DNA of 64,000 bases, taken from positions 50,594,001-50,658,000 of the forward strand of contig NC_058382.1 in NCBI RefSeq assembly GCF_018350175.1. Reading direction: 5' to 3'. The position numbers and the translations under genes were made by a program. Positions 13,170 through 26,763 of the stretch are shown in pieces. Under the pieces are notes generated by a model, which ran no database searches, was not told the origin of the DNA, and was given only the letters and a program-made list of their open reading frames with translations. Origin of the DNA: Felis catus. Lineage: Eukaryota. Positions within the stretch are counted from its first letter, which is position 1; each line of letters begins with the position of its first letter.

Positions 13170-13765
13170 ATCTCCCCAAGTTTTTTGGCCACAGTGCCTT
13201 ATATAGTTCAGTAATTTTTTCATAGTGTTCCAAGCCAAAAGATATAACTAGCGCCTTCATTTAAGATGTAACTTAGGTCCAAACAACTTTATAGATATGT
13301 CCTAAAATTTAGTAAGCCTTTGAAAATGGAATATACATACATAATATATATTGTAATTATATATGTAGATTATATATATATATATATAATTAATATTTTA
13401 ATTTTGTTTTGAATTCAACACAGCTCTTTCATAATTACATGTGTTTACCTGTTGAGTATTGCACAACTTTTCAAAACTTGGGATCAGGTCGGACACTGCC
13501 ACCCTCATTTTTGTTCAACACTGATTTCACATGGTTTCACATGGTTTCAGTTTTTTAGCAACTACTGAAAACCCAGGTTCTTAAATATGGGACATCATTG
13601 AAAGGAATGTATTATGATCTAATGTTGACATTGAACTACCTCAAGCAGGAAATTGTGCAAGTTTGGGCAGATATTGAGTATGCCTCTATTTCTCTGGAAA
13701 AGTTCAAATATCCTGGGAGCCCCTGTGAGCTCCATTCAGTACCCTAGAGCACCCCAACACACTGC
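13170..13765. mobile_element. hAT-Charlie-type DNA transposon fossil (Charlie4-like)
   Basis: Motifs gaaaggaatgta..gatctaatgttga..tgaactacctc and aaatatcc..gcccctgtgag..gcacccc resemble the recalled consensus. Confidence 0.5.
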
Positions 13766-14227
13766 TATGAATTTGTGTGCCTGTCCAATGAAACTTCAAT
13801 ATTCCTAGAGGTATTCACTCTACTCAAAAAGTGAATAAAGATGTCCCTCCGTCTTACTTCCTTCTTTTCTTCTCTCTTTTTTATTCTTGTTTCTTTAAAT
13901 ATTCAGTGTAGTAAATCAATAAGATTGAGTGTTGTTATTTTATGTAAGCTATTGGTATTTCTGGCAGCATATTGAATTAGTGTTATGTTTACTTAGGGAA
14001 AAGAAAGTGCTCTGATGTAGCAGGACATGTTGAAAATTAAGCAGTCACAACCAACGAGAATTGGTTGAAATCTGATGCAGCTATTGATCTAAGGTTTGGT
14101 TCTGTGATTAAAGCACCTTAATGACAAACTGAATAACCATCAGTCATGTTAAATTTACCCTTTCTGGTACTGTGGACATTCTTCTCTCACATGACCATGA
14201 CCAACAGTTTATGACAGCTCAAAATGA

Positions 14228-14473
<246 letters not shown>

Positions 14474-14769
14474 TGAATTTTAGCGTCCAGTTGATTCCTA
14501 GTTTATTTTAAATCCACGCCTCTTTGCGCAAAGTTGTCGAAGTAGCTTATAGAAATAGGTAACATAAAACAGGATAGAAAAGAGTAGGAGAGCTGGCAAA
14601 GGAGAAATGTATATCGAAAAAAAAAAGGCAGCTAAGGATAACTATAAATAGTGAATAAACATAGATAATGAATAAATAATAAATAATACAGAATGAGTAA
14701 TCCTTAAATTCTCATAACCCCATTAGTGAGAATAATGAAATAAGGATGGCAGGTAACGATGTTAATCAT

Positions 14770-15005
14770 AATAGTTCATTTTATTGAATGTTTTCTAAAT
14801 GCAGGTACTGATATAATATTTTGTATGTCCCAGTTCATTGAATTCTGATGTTCCAAATTCACTGAATTAGTAGGTTACTGTTATCATCCCTAGTTTACTC
14901 ATGAAATAACAGAGGCTAATCACCTTGCCCAAGCCTCCTTCAATAACTGAGGGACACTGAGTATGTGAACACTTGGAATTGTGCTTCAGAGCCTGGGAGC
15001 ACAAC
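14770..15005 (-). mobile_element. MIR
   Basis: tttattgaatg..caggtactg..ttatcatccc..cagaggct..cttgcccaag..cagagcctg. Confidence 0.6.
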
Positions 15006-16022
15006 CAACAAACACTCTGTGTATATTATAAACCATGCAGTTTTTCTGATGAAGTGTTTGCATGCATTGTAAGTAAGACTCATATGCCGTTTTGATGTCC
15101 GCTTTTTCCGCACATAGGATGGGGAGATCTAAACGCCCATTTTTCTCTCCCACTTTTTCACATTATTACAGACACTGCTGAGCGGCTTCTCTCCTACTAC
15201 GATGTCCCATAGCCTTGACTTCAGGCGAGGGTGTTCTATGCCGTCATCAGTCTCTCCATTCGCAGTCTCTTCACCGGGTGCTACTTTGTACTCCTGTCGG
15301 AGTGGAGAGTTAGCATCCCGGGCTCCCAGCCCTGCAGGTTCTGGAAGGGACCCTCAGAGGTCCTGATTCGGGGCTGACGAGGGCGTGAGTGGGAGGGGCT
15401 CGTGGTGTCACCCTCAAGCCTGCACCACTGCAGCCAGGGTCATTCTTAGGCATCAGCTTATCTTCGCATCATGAAGGATGCCTACTGTTGCTAAGGCCAC
15501 GCCTCACTGTAACTAGAGACCAAGTTACTTGAGCCAGGTCCAGTAGCAGAAGGCCAGTCTGGTTGACTTTTTCTTATCTGTCATCTTCCTAATTGTAGTA
15601 ACTCCCAACAAAACACTAATTCAATGTGTTTTAATTCACCCTTTGTTTGTAATTGTTATGAATGACTGAATCTAAATATTTACATTCTGAGGGAAAAAAC
15701 TGGTTGATAAAGTATTTTTGTTTATGGCCACATTTTGCTCTAAGCATGGAGTTAACTTACTAGGTTCTTGAACAGGTAGTCCAAATGGAGCTGAAGGGTT
15801 TTGGCCAATAAACATTCTGAGAAATGGGGCCAGGAGGACAAACTTGGTTGTAGTGAAGTCTTCACTACCGTTAGCATAAATAGAGAATGGGGCAGGGATG
15901 GAGTCTTTAAAAGGTTTTATTAGAAAATAATATGTTATAAACATTCATATTATAAAGAGTCAAGCAATACACACGAAGCAAATGTACTCCCAATTACCAT
16001 CATGGAATCATGTCTCCTTTCT

Positions 16023-16242
16023 TTTTCAAAGTTTATTTATTTATTTTGAGAGAGAGAGAGAGAGAGAGAGAGAGTACGAATAGGGTAAGGGCAGAGAGAG
16101 AGGGGAAGAGAGAGAATCCCAAGCAGGCTCTGCACTATCACTGCAGAGCCTGACATGGGGCTCGAACCCGTAAACTGTGAGATCACTACTTCAGCCAAAA
16201 TCAACAGTCAGATACTTAACCAACTGAGCCATCCAGGCACCT
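16023..16242 (-). mobile_element. Can-SINE with (GA)n
   Basis: tttatttatttattttgagagaga..gaatcccaagcaggctc..ctgagccatccaggcacc. Confidence 0.9.
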
Positions 16243-16774
16243 CAGTCATGTGTCCTTTCTAATACCAACCCTGACTCTCAAGTTATGTATATCTCCTGCC
16301 AACCGCCTTCAAAGAATTTATGAACATATGTATATGTGTGCAGAAGTGAATAAAATAACCATTTTTACATGCCTGTTTCACTGCACAAAATATAAATGTG
16401 ACTAGAAAAAAACCCATGCTTAAATTCTTGTCTATGTAATGTATAATAGGAACAAAATAAAACCATCAGAAGGTGGAGGTATAGGGAAGTAAGTTTGTAT
16501 GATTATCTGAAATTTCAGTAACATTGAGCAAATTAGTTACATTATTTCATATTGCCTAAAAAGTCATTAACATAATTTTCAAAAATTTAGACTAGATCAA
16601 GGAAGGACATTCAGGGTATGACTTATTTCTCATTTCATAAAATCAAAAGCTTTATGAAAATTATCAGTACATATGACCAAGTGTTCAGTGTGATGTGTGT
16701 ATCATATACAGCTATTAATATCAAACCTTATACATGGCAAATGTATAATTGTATAATCAAAAACGTCCAATTAT

Positions 16775-16983
16775 GGGGACACCTGGGGGCTCAGTCAGTT
16801 AAACATCCAACTCTTGATTTCTTCTCAGGTCATGATCTCATGGTTTCTGGGATCAGGCCCCTTGTTGGGTTCTGCACTGACAGTGTGGAGCCTGCTTGGG
16901 ATCCTCTCTCCCTCTCTCTCTCTGCCTGTCTCCTGCTCATGCTTTCTCTCTCCCAAAGTAAATAAATGAACTTTAAAAAAAAA
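16775..16983 (+). mobile_element. Can-SINE
   Basis: ggggacacctgggggctcagtcagttaa..ctcaggtcatgatctc..(CT)n..aaataaat. Confidence 0.9.
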
Positions 16984-17579
16984 ACCCATCCAATTATGGA
17001 TCAAAACATATTGAGACCACTTGAAGGAATATTTAATATAGATATTTCTTCTGCTTCCAATTTTAATTATCTTAAATTCTCATTACAGAGAATTAGAGGA
17101 AGTTTCTTTAGTAAATTACTTTTAAAATTATTGACGAAGGGCTTTGCCAGTCATTATGTTTTTTAAAGATTTTATCTGTGAGTAATTTTTGTGAGAAAGG
17201 AGAATTATTACAACATTATTTAAAACCTTTCTATTTCATAATTATTGGATAATAGAAGATTATTTAAGGAGATTACACTACTGTGTTTCAGATGTTAGGT
17301 GACGCTAGAATTAGAAATTCCAAAGTGGGTGTCACAAGATCCATTCGAATGGATGTCCAAAATGGGATGTCCATACTTCTAAGTATGTTAACATTTAAAA
17401 CACATACCGTCTCTTTTGTTGCTTTACCTAATGTAAAAAAATATTTTTTTATTTTGACTCAGTAATCTCATATTCCTTTAATGACAGAAAGAAATGCCAT
17501 GAAATTCAACCTCATTCTGCCTTTCTCTATATAGCCTACTTTCATCCATATTCGTTATTTTTTTTAAAAAAAAGAATGA

Positions 17580-17879
<300 letters not shown>

Positions 17880-18229
17880 TGAAGCTTTAAACACACAAAA
17901 TTAAAATGAAACCAGTAGAAAGTTGGCCTAATTTGCAACTTGATTAAAAAGTATATTGTTCAGCGAAAGAGCTCAACATAAATCTTTAAAAAATAGTTTA
18001 ATGGTAATGATTTAAAATGTTTTATTATTTTCAATGAATGCAGTATCTGGGTAGAACATCTAATAATAAACGTGTCTTATTAAGTCCCCAAATAAAAAGG
18101 ACAGACTTTGTTTCTCTGAGAAGATTGATACATGTGAAAGCTTTGGAAAATATTTACTTTTTAAATGTAGGTAAACATAACTTGTATTCTTGAATTTGTT
18201 ACTTACATACATTTAAATAGGTATTAATA

Positions 18230-19390
18230 GTCATGGAAAATGTGTTTGATTAAATGCAACATCCACTTATGAAAAGGGAGAAAATTAAAACAATAAATTA
18301 CCAACGGAAGGAAATTTCCTTACTTTGTTAAAGAGCACTCACAAAAAACTCTCCAGCACATTCACACTTCATGGTGAAATATTGAAATCTTTACCTGTGT
18401 TACCAGCATTAACACAAGATGCCTGCTATTATCACTCTGTTCACCATTGTATGGGATAGAGGTCCTTGCCAATGCAATAAAGCAAGAGAAAGAAAGGAAG
18501 GATCGAAGTACTGGAAAGGTAGAACTAAGGTTCTCCTTATCTGTCCTCGGCCAGGTGATATATTGAGAATATTCTCCATAATTTACAGATAAACTTTAGG
18601 GTGATCACTGGGTATCAAGTTAATATAAAAACTAATTTCAGGGGCGCCTGGGTGGCGCAGTCGGTTAAGCGTCCGACTTCAGCCAGGTCACGATCTCGCG
18701 GTCCGTGAGTTCGAGCCCCGCATCAGGCTCTGGGCTGATGGCTCAGAGCCTGGAGCCTGTTTCCGATTCTGTGTCTCCCTCTCTCTCTGCCCCTCCCCCG
18801 TTCATGCTCTGTCTCTCTCTGTCCCAAAAATAAATAAACGTTGAAAAAAAAAAACTAATTTCATGTCTGTATACCAGCAATAAGCAAAATGAAGTTTTAG
18901 ATTTTATTTTCAATAGCGTAAAAACTCAAATACAAGGTAATAAATCTAATGAAAGATATGCATGGTTTCTATATAGGTAAGGATAAAATGCTCATGAGAT
19001 AAATTGAAATTCTAACTAGATGGGGAAATGTAAAAATTTCATTGATTGGGAAACTCTATAGTATAAATCTCAATTCTTCCCATGTAGGTATTGATTCAGT
19101 GAAAACCTTAATTAAAATTCCAGTGGAGTATTTATTTGTTGATATAATTGCTTTGGTGAAAACTGGAACTCAGATTCTAAGATTTATCAGCAGATTTGAA
19201 GGGACACAAAGAACCATATGGATAGTTGACTTACTCCAAAGGCATTGATATACAGTGAAGGGAATACGGTCTTTCAACCAGTGGTGCTTGGGAGCCAGCA
19301 GGGGGAGGGGAGGGGGTGTATATAAATGTCATAAAAAGGAATCTTGATCTCTGCATCATCAAACCCAAAAAAATGGAGTCTGGATGAACT
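18230..19390 (+). mobile_element. Old L1M ORF2 fragments
   Basis: RT-region relics (tttgattaaatgcaacatcc, ggtgaaatattgaaatcttt, ggtccttgccaatgcaataaagcaagagaaagaa, gtctttcaaccagtggtgc). Confidence 0.75.
18641..18853 (+). mobile_element. Young felid Can-SINE (SINEC_Fc type)
   Basis: ggggcgcctgggtggcgcagtcggttaagcgtccgacttcagccaggtcacgatctcgcgg, CpG-intact; TSD aaaactaatttca. Confidence 0.95.
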
Positions 19391-19440
19391 GTGCTGTCTA
19401 CTGTAGTAGCCACTTGTAACAAATGCCTATTTTGATTCCA

Positions 19441-19651
19441 TTTTTTTTAACGTTTATTTATTTTTGACAGAGAGGAAGTTAGAGTGTGAGTGGGGAAGGG
19501 ACAGAGAGAGAGGGAGACACAGAATCCGAAGCAGGCTCCAGGCTCTGAGCTGTCAGCACAGACCCCGATACAGGACTTAAACTCACGACCAGTGAGATCA
19601 TGCCCTGAGCCGAGGTCGGACACTCAACCGACTGAGCCACCCAAGCAACCC
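19441..19651 (-). mobile_element. Can-SINE inserted in a MER3/MER33-like DNA element (~19385-19800)
   Basis: Reverse SINE body; flanks ctgtgctgtc..gtagccact and cactggccatatttt..tgctcagcagc. Confidence 0.85.
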
Positions 19652-19879
19652 TCGATTCAAATTGAATAAAAACGAATTAATAAAGCTAAATGAATTGAAA
19701 TACATTTTAAATTTAGATTAATAAAAACAAGATTAAGTTAACCGTCCCGTTTTCCAACCTCACTGGCCATATTTTAACTGCTCAGCAGCTGCCTATTGCA
19801 TCGTGGCCAAAAGTTTACATTGAATAGCTCTGTGTCAGGAAGTCACAGTTTTCTGGAGCAAAACAAACAGAAAAAGGAA

Positions 19880-20770
19880 ATATTAAATTGAAGTAGGAGG
19901 TGTTTCAGAGGAAGATTCACTACTTAAAAATCAGGCAGTGAATATCTGGGGCAAGAACCTTCCAGGCAAAGGAAATAGCAAGTGCTAAGTGCTGAGAGCA
20001 GTGATCTTCCCAGGTGCTTTCAGAAAACAGCAACAAATCTAGTGTGGTAGGAGTGTGGCAAGTTATCTGGGAGTAGTGGGAGAGCAAGAGAGTCGAGTAA
20101 GGCAGGGGCAGGCGGGGAAGTCACGAGGTCCTTACAACAATGTTGTAAAGTCCCTGATATTTACTTGAGTGAGATGAGAAGACACTGGGGACTTTTAAGC
20201 ACCGATGGATGCACTCTGACTGCCTTCCGTGGGATCATGATGGCTCCAGTGTTGGGAAATGCCCATCTAGGAGCAGGGGTCCACACACACACACACATGC
20301 ATATACACACATACACTCCATAGGCATGGCTGTACATAAGATGCAGATCCATGTGTACGTGTGTAATGTATGTGTCTCTGTATGTCTGTAGTAGGAGTGG
20401 AAACCCGCTTGGACAACCAGTTCAAGTAGTGCAAGGATCCAGGCAAGAGGATGATGGTAGACAATAGCAGTGTGGATGGTGGAGGCAGTTTTGACTTTCT
20501 CACCAAGTATGTGTGAGATGTGAGAAAACAAAAGGAAACCAAAATAACACCACGTTCTGGCTTGGGCAGCTGGAGTAGTCGAGTTGCCGACATTTGAGAG
20601 GTGGTCAGAAAAGGCTTGAGGGCAAAGACCAGCAGCTCGGTCAAAATTTTACACATTTTGAGTTTGAGATGTCCGTGACACATTCAAAGGAGATACTGAG
20701 AAAGGCTGTTGAATATGGGAGCAAAAGTTCCTTTGGATTAATGTGTAATTCTAAAACCTGGAGGATGGTG
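19880..20770 (-). mobile_element. L2 fragment with internal (CA)/(TG) low-complexity expansion
   Basis: ttccaggcaaaggaaatagcaagtgc, tttacttgagtgagatgagaagacactggg, ttgagtttgagatgtc are typical L2 antisense motifs. Confidence 0.7.
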
Positions 20771-20890
20771 CTGAAACCATGGCAACAGATATTTGGGAAA
20801 ATTACAAAATTAGACTGTATCTTCAAAGGTTTTTCATGTAACACAGCTAGGCGTCTTCCATTTGTTCTCACAGTCATTGAAGGCATTGCC

Positions 20891-21172
20891 TGTCTTAGTC
20901 CGTTTGAGCTGCTGTAGCAAAATAACCACGGACTGGGTAGCCTACAAACAACAGAAATTCATTTCTTACAGTTTTAGAGACTGGGAAGTCCAAGCTCGTG
21001 GCACCAGCATAGTCAACTGAGGGTCTCTCCTGGGCCACAGACTTCTGGTATTCTCATGTGATGGAAGAGGGTCTCTGGGGTCTCTTTTACAAGATGACTG
21101 ATCCCCACCCTCATGACCTAATTACCCGATGATTCAACATATGAATGGAGGGGGGCACAAACATTCGGGCAC
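20891..21172 (-). mobile_element. MaLR LTR (MLT1A/MST-like)
   Basis: tgtcttagtccgtttgagctgctgtagcaaaata..actgggtagcct..aacaacagaaattcatttcttacagtt..gactgggaagtccaag. Confidence 0.75.
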
Positions 21173-21721
21173 TGCCCACACGCCAAAGCACCCTAAGACA
21201 CATGATTCCCGCATGTGTGTCCCTTCAGTGACGGACCCAGCACGGACCCCCAGGCAGCACTTGAGTCAGGTTCTGACAACGTGGTTGCGGTGACAACAGA
21301 ATCAATATTTTACAAATCTTCCCAGTTGACTCCTCTGTGTACCTAGCTTTGAGAATCACTGCTTTGGACCTGTGCTTCTCCAACTTCACAAAACAGACTG
21401 TTCTATTATGTGAGGTTGAAACATAATACACTTGAAAATACTTCACAGAGAGGAAGGGAAGACTTTGCAGTGAAATACAGGAATTTAAGTGTCAAATAAC
21501 TTTTTGATTTTTCTTGTTCGTACAGCTTGGGTGGTGAGTGACATTCAACAATCTATCCCTGCGTCCTTGTGAATCCTGTGTTCCCACAATGCATCCTGAA
21601 GTATCCACAGGCACATGCTTAGAAGGTTTTGATTCTATAAATCAGATACCTCTAGGTTGATAAGTATCTGTAATCTTTAAAACTTTACGAAACATAGACA
21701 CACACCACACACATACACACA

Positions 21722-22196
21722 CAAGTCTCATTATCCGTGATTGTAACATCGTTATGTTCCACAAGGCAACAACAGACACCGAATTAGCCAACATTCTCAT
21801 CAACCGATCAACACATGGCCTTGTTTGACTTGTGTTTCAGATTAGAGACACCTTATTTAATACATACTGTTAATTCATTGACACTGAACTCACAACCAAC
21901 AGCACTGTGACTCATACTTCAACGAGGTTTATTCTAGCACCTGTTTTCTCATGAGGCACGTCACACAGCCTTCTTGAACTTGAAATACTGGACAGCTCTT
22001 AAGCACCACACTTCGAGGCCATTGTTAAAAAAAATTTTTTTTGGATACGTGTGGATTGGGCAACTCAAGCTTTTTGCTGCGTGTACATGTCTGTAGATGT
22101 ACAAGAGTGCCTCGAGTCATGATTTGGGGGTTCAAATAAATTTTAGGCAGTAGGCGATTTCCAGATAATGAGGAACTGCAAATAGTGAGGATTGAA
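21722..22196 (+). mobile_element. Second MER82-like Tigger element, internally deleted
   Basis: catcaaccgatcaa, gacaccttattt, tgaactcac, cagccttcttg, gatttgggggttcaaataaatttta, gtaggcgattt are shared with 300-1128. Confidence 0.75.
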
Positions 22197-23214
22197 TTAT
22201 ATTTACATACATACATATATTATCTTTGTATGGACAATCATTCCAAAATTGATAGGCCATGTGCACTCAAATTATCTAAATGACAAGGAAATTCCGAGTT
22301 TCATTTTATGGAATGAATTGTTCCCTTTCTATTAAATCAACGTTTACCTCCTCCTATTACTTTACCAGTCACGAGCCTTATCGCAGTCAATGAAGCGTCG
22401 TGCTAATTCGATAACAACTCTGACGGACATGAAGGAAATATGTATATGCACACATACAGAGGTTAATTTTGCCTCAGCAAAATGATCAGAAAGCATTGAT
22501 GCTGGAGAGGACATTCGCAATATGTGAAGCCGTTTGAAAAGCAAGCCACTGAGAGCAGATACAGATAATCCAGTTAGGAGTCAGCTAAGTGTCATCAGAA
22601 ACCCCAGAATATTGAAATACATTCACGCTAAAGTGGCAATCCCAGAATGTAACAACCCAGTGAAAAATAATGTTACAGCTTGAAACCTTCCCTATTGATC
22701 TGGTTTTTGCAAATGAGGAAAGCAGGGAGGTTGGGGAAAGAGTCATTAGGGAGCAATCAGAGACTAAAACCTTGTCTCCTTTCTCCCAGTCTGAACATTT
22801 TTCCACTAGAAAAGGCTGTGTTCTATCAGTGTCACATTGCTTATAGCCAGTAACATATCCTCTAGTTGTATAAATCAAGTATAACAATTATAAAAACAAG
22901 GCAAAATGCTGAATCAGTAACTTGCAAATGGGTAACTTAAAAAAAAATCCAGTTATTAGTCTAGAATCATTGTCAAACAAATGATTCCACGTGGATTTAA
23001 ATACCTTGAAGCACTACAAGCTAAAAACTACAAAGGAAACTTCTTTTGAATGGATAATTTCCCAAACTATGTTAAAGACTGAAAATTCTTTCTAAACAGA
23101 GTACTGTAAATATAATTTGAAAATAAGTAGACAGGATAATAGGAATCCCAATAGCTGTCTCTTTAGAAATGTACATGGCTTTTTTCTTCTACACTAAATC
23201 CACTTTTTCTTTTC

Positions 23215-23394
23215 TTTTTTTTTTTTAAGTTTATTTTTTGGGCGCGGGGGTGGCGCAGAGAGAGAGAGCCACAGAATCTGAGCAGGCTTCAGGCTCCCAG
23301 CTGTCAGCACAGAGCCCGACGTGGGGCTAGAACCCGTGAACCGTCAGATCATGACCTCACCCAAAGTCAGATGCAGTGAGCCACCCAGGAGCCC
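23215..23394 (-). mobile_element. Can-SINE (shortened)
   Basis: Reverse body; TSD taaatccact. Confidence 0.85.
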
Positions 23395-25754
23395 TTAAAT
23401 CCACTGCTCTTTCTAAAATGAAATAGCTCTAGGTTCAAGGCGTTGTTTCTCGTGATCAAACATTGCATTTTAAGGACAATTGTTTCAGTGGGGAGCGATT
23501 GATGAGTGCTTGAGCTGGGGCTTTCAAACTTTGATGATAATGCTAATTATGTCGCTTAACCTTATTCTTTCTCTCTGCACCACCACCAAGACTCCTACGT
23601 TTAGTTTCACTGACTCAATTTTCAAGCCCAAGGCCTGGGCCTCTGCTCTCTAAACAAGCTCTGAGATAGGGGCTCCTGAGACCATCCCCTGGGAAAGCTG
23701 GAGCGTCGTAAGATTTATAACAACAAAATTATTTTTACTCTAGGCATTTCAACAATCAGGCCTTCCTGATAGCTCTGAGAGTTAATAACCAACTATCGTT
23801 ATTCAGATGCAGCCTTGTTTACGTCCAGTTTTGCCCCAGAACACTAGCTGCTCTTCCCTTTCATCTCCGAGGCTTTCCTGAACACAGCACTTCCTACCTG
23901 ACCTCACAGCTTTTCATCACATCTGTCACCCTCCGCTGTTAATCCTGAAGGAACACTAGCTCTGCAAGAGTGTTGCTTAAACAGCATGTTTTTTCTTTAC
24001 ACTGTTATCACACTAAAAAATAGCAGTCAGCCTAAGATAAATCAGGTTCTTAATTACTCAGGTGCTTTACATACAATCTATATATTAGAAATCTCTTCGG
24101 GGAAAGACACCGGTGGACCCAAACTGCCTTTCCACTTTTTTTTTAGTATATTTATTAAATTTCATAGATTTGCTGCCCGTTTCAGCTGTCTTTCCTTACT
24201 CATGTCCCTGTGTCTCCTTACTGCAACAACTTAACTCTCTTTGCCTTTGGTAGAGGGTAATTAAAAAAAAATAATAATACAATCATGACTCTTAGGCAGA
24301 TAGAAAAATAAAAGCTCAAAAACACATTGTAAAGATTTTAACGCATTGTTCATGAGGAAACTGGTAAGCTGTTACAGCCAGTTCAAAGGAGAATCCAAAG
24401 AACAGACCTCGGGGCACATCGGTAATGTTGAAATTAATGTGCAGACAGAGGAAGACCTGGCTTCGTCCATAGTAGAAAAGGGGAGTCCCTTGAACTTCTG
24501 CCGGATGGAATTTGCTCGTCTGCGGGCAATCATTACTTGTTGTAAGGAAAACAATGCTTTGCTTGCTGAGCCAATAAGTAAGACTAAACACATTAATTAA
24601 TTAAATCTAGAAGCCTGTGTTAAAGGATAATTTCATATGCATATGTCTTGGAAGTTAGAGATAGTGAATTTCTCTGGAGAGATTGAGAAGGCTTATCCCC
24701 CCCAGATGCATTTGCCTGCACTCCAAAAGTGATTTAAACAACCTGTGGACTGGCACCTCTCCCCAGAGATCTGTGGCGTTCTAGAGCCAGAAGGCCCGTC
24801 TCCCTCTGTGGAGGGGAGGAGAAGATGTGCCAGCCATCGCCCGTAATCTCCAAGTCTCATACTTGTGGGGGTTTCCTCTCTTGGGTGCAGACCCCGCATG
24901 GGCGGGCGCGTCTGGCGCTCTCTGTATTGGCCCACGGGACATTGGGCCGTAGAGCCTAGAGGCTGCTAAGATTTTCCGTGGGCAGACGGCCCCTGATCCA
25001 AAGACTCCTGTGTCTGTGAGCGGCCGTCTTCCTCCACCCGTGTAAATCTAGATCTCGGTAGCTAGATGCAGACAAACGGATAGAATGCAGATAGGAGGCA
25101 AGATAACCAGTTAACTTACAAGTAGGATAATGTGTCACGCCCTCCACAGTGTCAGACTTACTCTTTTGCAAAACTATGAGTTGACAGTTTACAAAGTTCT
25201 AAAGCAGCTGAGAGGCAAGGCAAGGCTTACGGCCGGCCACCATGGAACCTGAAGGTTGTACTCTCGTCTGGAGAGTACCTTGTCTTTAATTCGTTAATGT
25301 GTTTATTCCCTCAGTTCTGTAACTAAAGTCTTTTGGGCGTGTTGTGCCAGCCCCCGTGCTGTGTGCTGCAGATACGGTGGTTAGCAAATCAGAAACCATC
25401 ACTCTTCTCAGGGAGCCTCCAGGCCAGTGGAAAAGCCCCATGGAATAAATCACAAAATGCTGAGTTACAAATTATGATAAAGTCTGTGTCCTTTACGGTT
25501 GTAATTTCTAAACATCAGCTAATGCAATCACGTCGGAAAGAGCAGGAGAGAGGCTCGGGGTTAATAGTTGTGAGAGGTTCCCCTGTTTGCAAAGCACATG
25601 GGGCTTTGCATGGCTGCTGGGCACTCATTTTCTCATTGCTCCTCGTGATGATTCCACTGTCTCTGCTTCGCCCTGGAAATCGAGATTGCCTGATAAATGC
25701 AGCATCTGTTTAACTTCATGCTTTGTAGCACTTTTTATTGAAAAATGAAATCAG

Positions 25755-25940
25755 CAACACCTGAGTGGCTCAGTCAGTTAAGCGTCTGATTCTCGATTTC
25801 GGCTCTGGTCGTGATCTCACGGTTCGTGAGTTGAAGCCCTGCGCTGGGCTCTGTGTTGACGGTACAGAGCCTGCTTGGGATTCTCTTTCTCCTTCTCTCT
25901 GCCCCGGCCCCCCTCAAAATGAATAAATATTTTTAAAAAA
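25755..25940 (+). mobile_element. Can-SINE
   Basis: cacctgagtggctcagtcagttaagcgtc..; TSD aaaaatgaaatca. Confidence 0.85.
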
Positions 25941-26348
25941 TGAAATCATTTAAAGAAACTACCGTAACACTGAAATTTTAGAATTTCAAAAGGAAACATT
26001 TCTGGGCACGGTCCTTCAAGGGATGTCGTGCACCACAGCCTTGGATTTCTTACCCCTTAAAAGACCTTTAGAATCATGTGTTTACTGTGACCCAGTGGAT
26101 GCTCAACTCTAGGGAAGCCCCTCTCGGTGTGAACCAAAAGGCAAAGAGGCAAAAGCAGGCATATTGTCCTGTTCCTTTGGCAGCTACCCAGCCAGAGTCG
26201 AGCTTCCTCATGCTGTCCATTGATTCATTACAAGGAAATTTTATTGTTTGCTGAACAATTAAAGCAGACTCCAGTGGAGGCTAGGTTAGTGGATTTGCCT
26301 GATTAATGATCATGAACTTCTTTTTTTTCTTAAAGATTATGTATTTAT

Positions 26349-26574
26349 GGGGCGCCTGGGTGGCGCAGTCGGTTAAGCGTCCAACTTCAGCCAGGTCACG
26401 ATCTCGCGGTCCGTGAGTTTGAGCCCCGCGTCGGGCTCTGGGCTGATGGCTCGGAGCCTGGAGCCTGTTTCCGATTCTGTGTCTCCCTCTCTCTCTGCCC
26501 CTCCCCCATTCATGCTCTGTCTCTCTCTGTCCCAAAAATAAATAAAAAACGTTGAAAAAAAATTAAAAAAAAAA
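26349..26574 (+). mobile_element. Young felid Can-SINE nested in the tail of an opposite-strand SINE
   Basis: TSD aagattatgtatttat on both sides. Confidence 0.95.
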
Positions 26575-26763
26575 AGATTATGTATTTATGTATTTCTTTT
26601 GAGAGTGCGAGTGAGCACATGCGAGCGAGGGAGGGGCAGGGAGAGAGGGAGAGAGAAAATCCCAAGCAGGCCGAGGCGGGGCTCGATCCCACAAACCTTG
26701 AGGTCCTGACTTGTGCTGGACCAAGAGTCAGACGCTTAACCGACTGAGCCACCCAAGCGCCCC
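26575..26763 (-). mobile_element. Older Can-SINE (its tail continues at ~26320-26348)
   Basis: gagagaaaatcccaagcagg..gacgcttaaccgactgagccacccaagcgcccc. Confidence 0.85.

Noticed and set aside
18641..18730. tRNA-like sequence with A/B boxes (also in the other SINE heads)
   Set aside because: These are tRNA-derived Can-SINE heads followed by (CT)n, A-tail and TSDs, not tRNA genes
24316..24600. Protein-looking 84-aa ORF overlapping two antisense ORFs
   Set aside because: Non-ATG start, no recognisable family, no convincing splice context, and CNTNAP4 exons 12 and 13 join in frame without it
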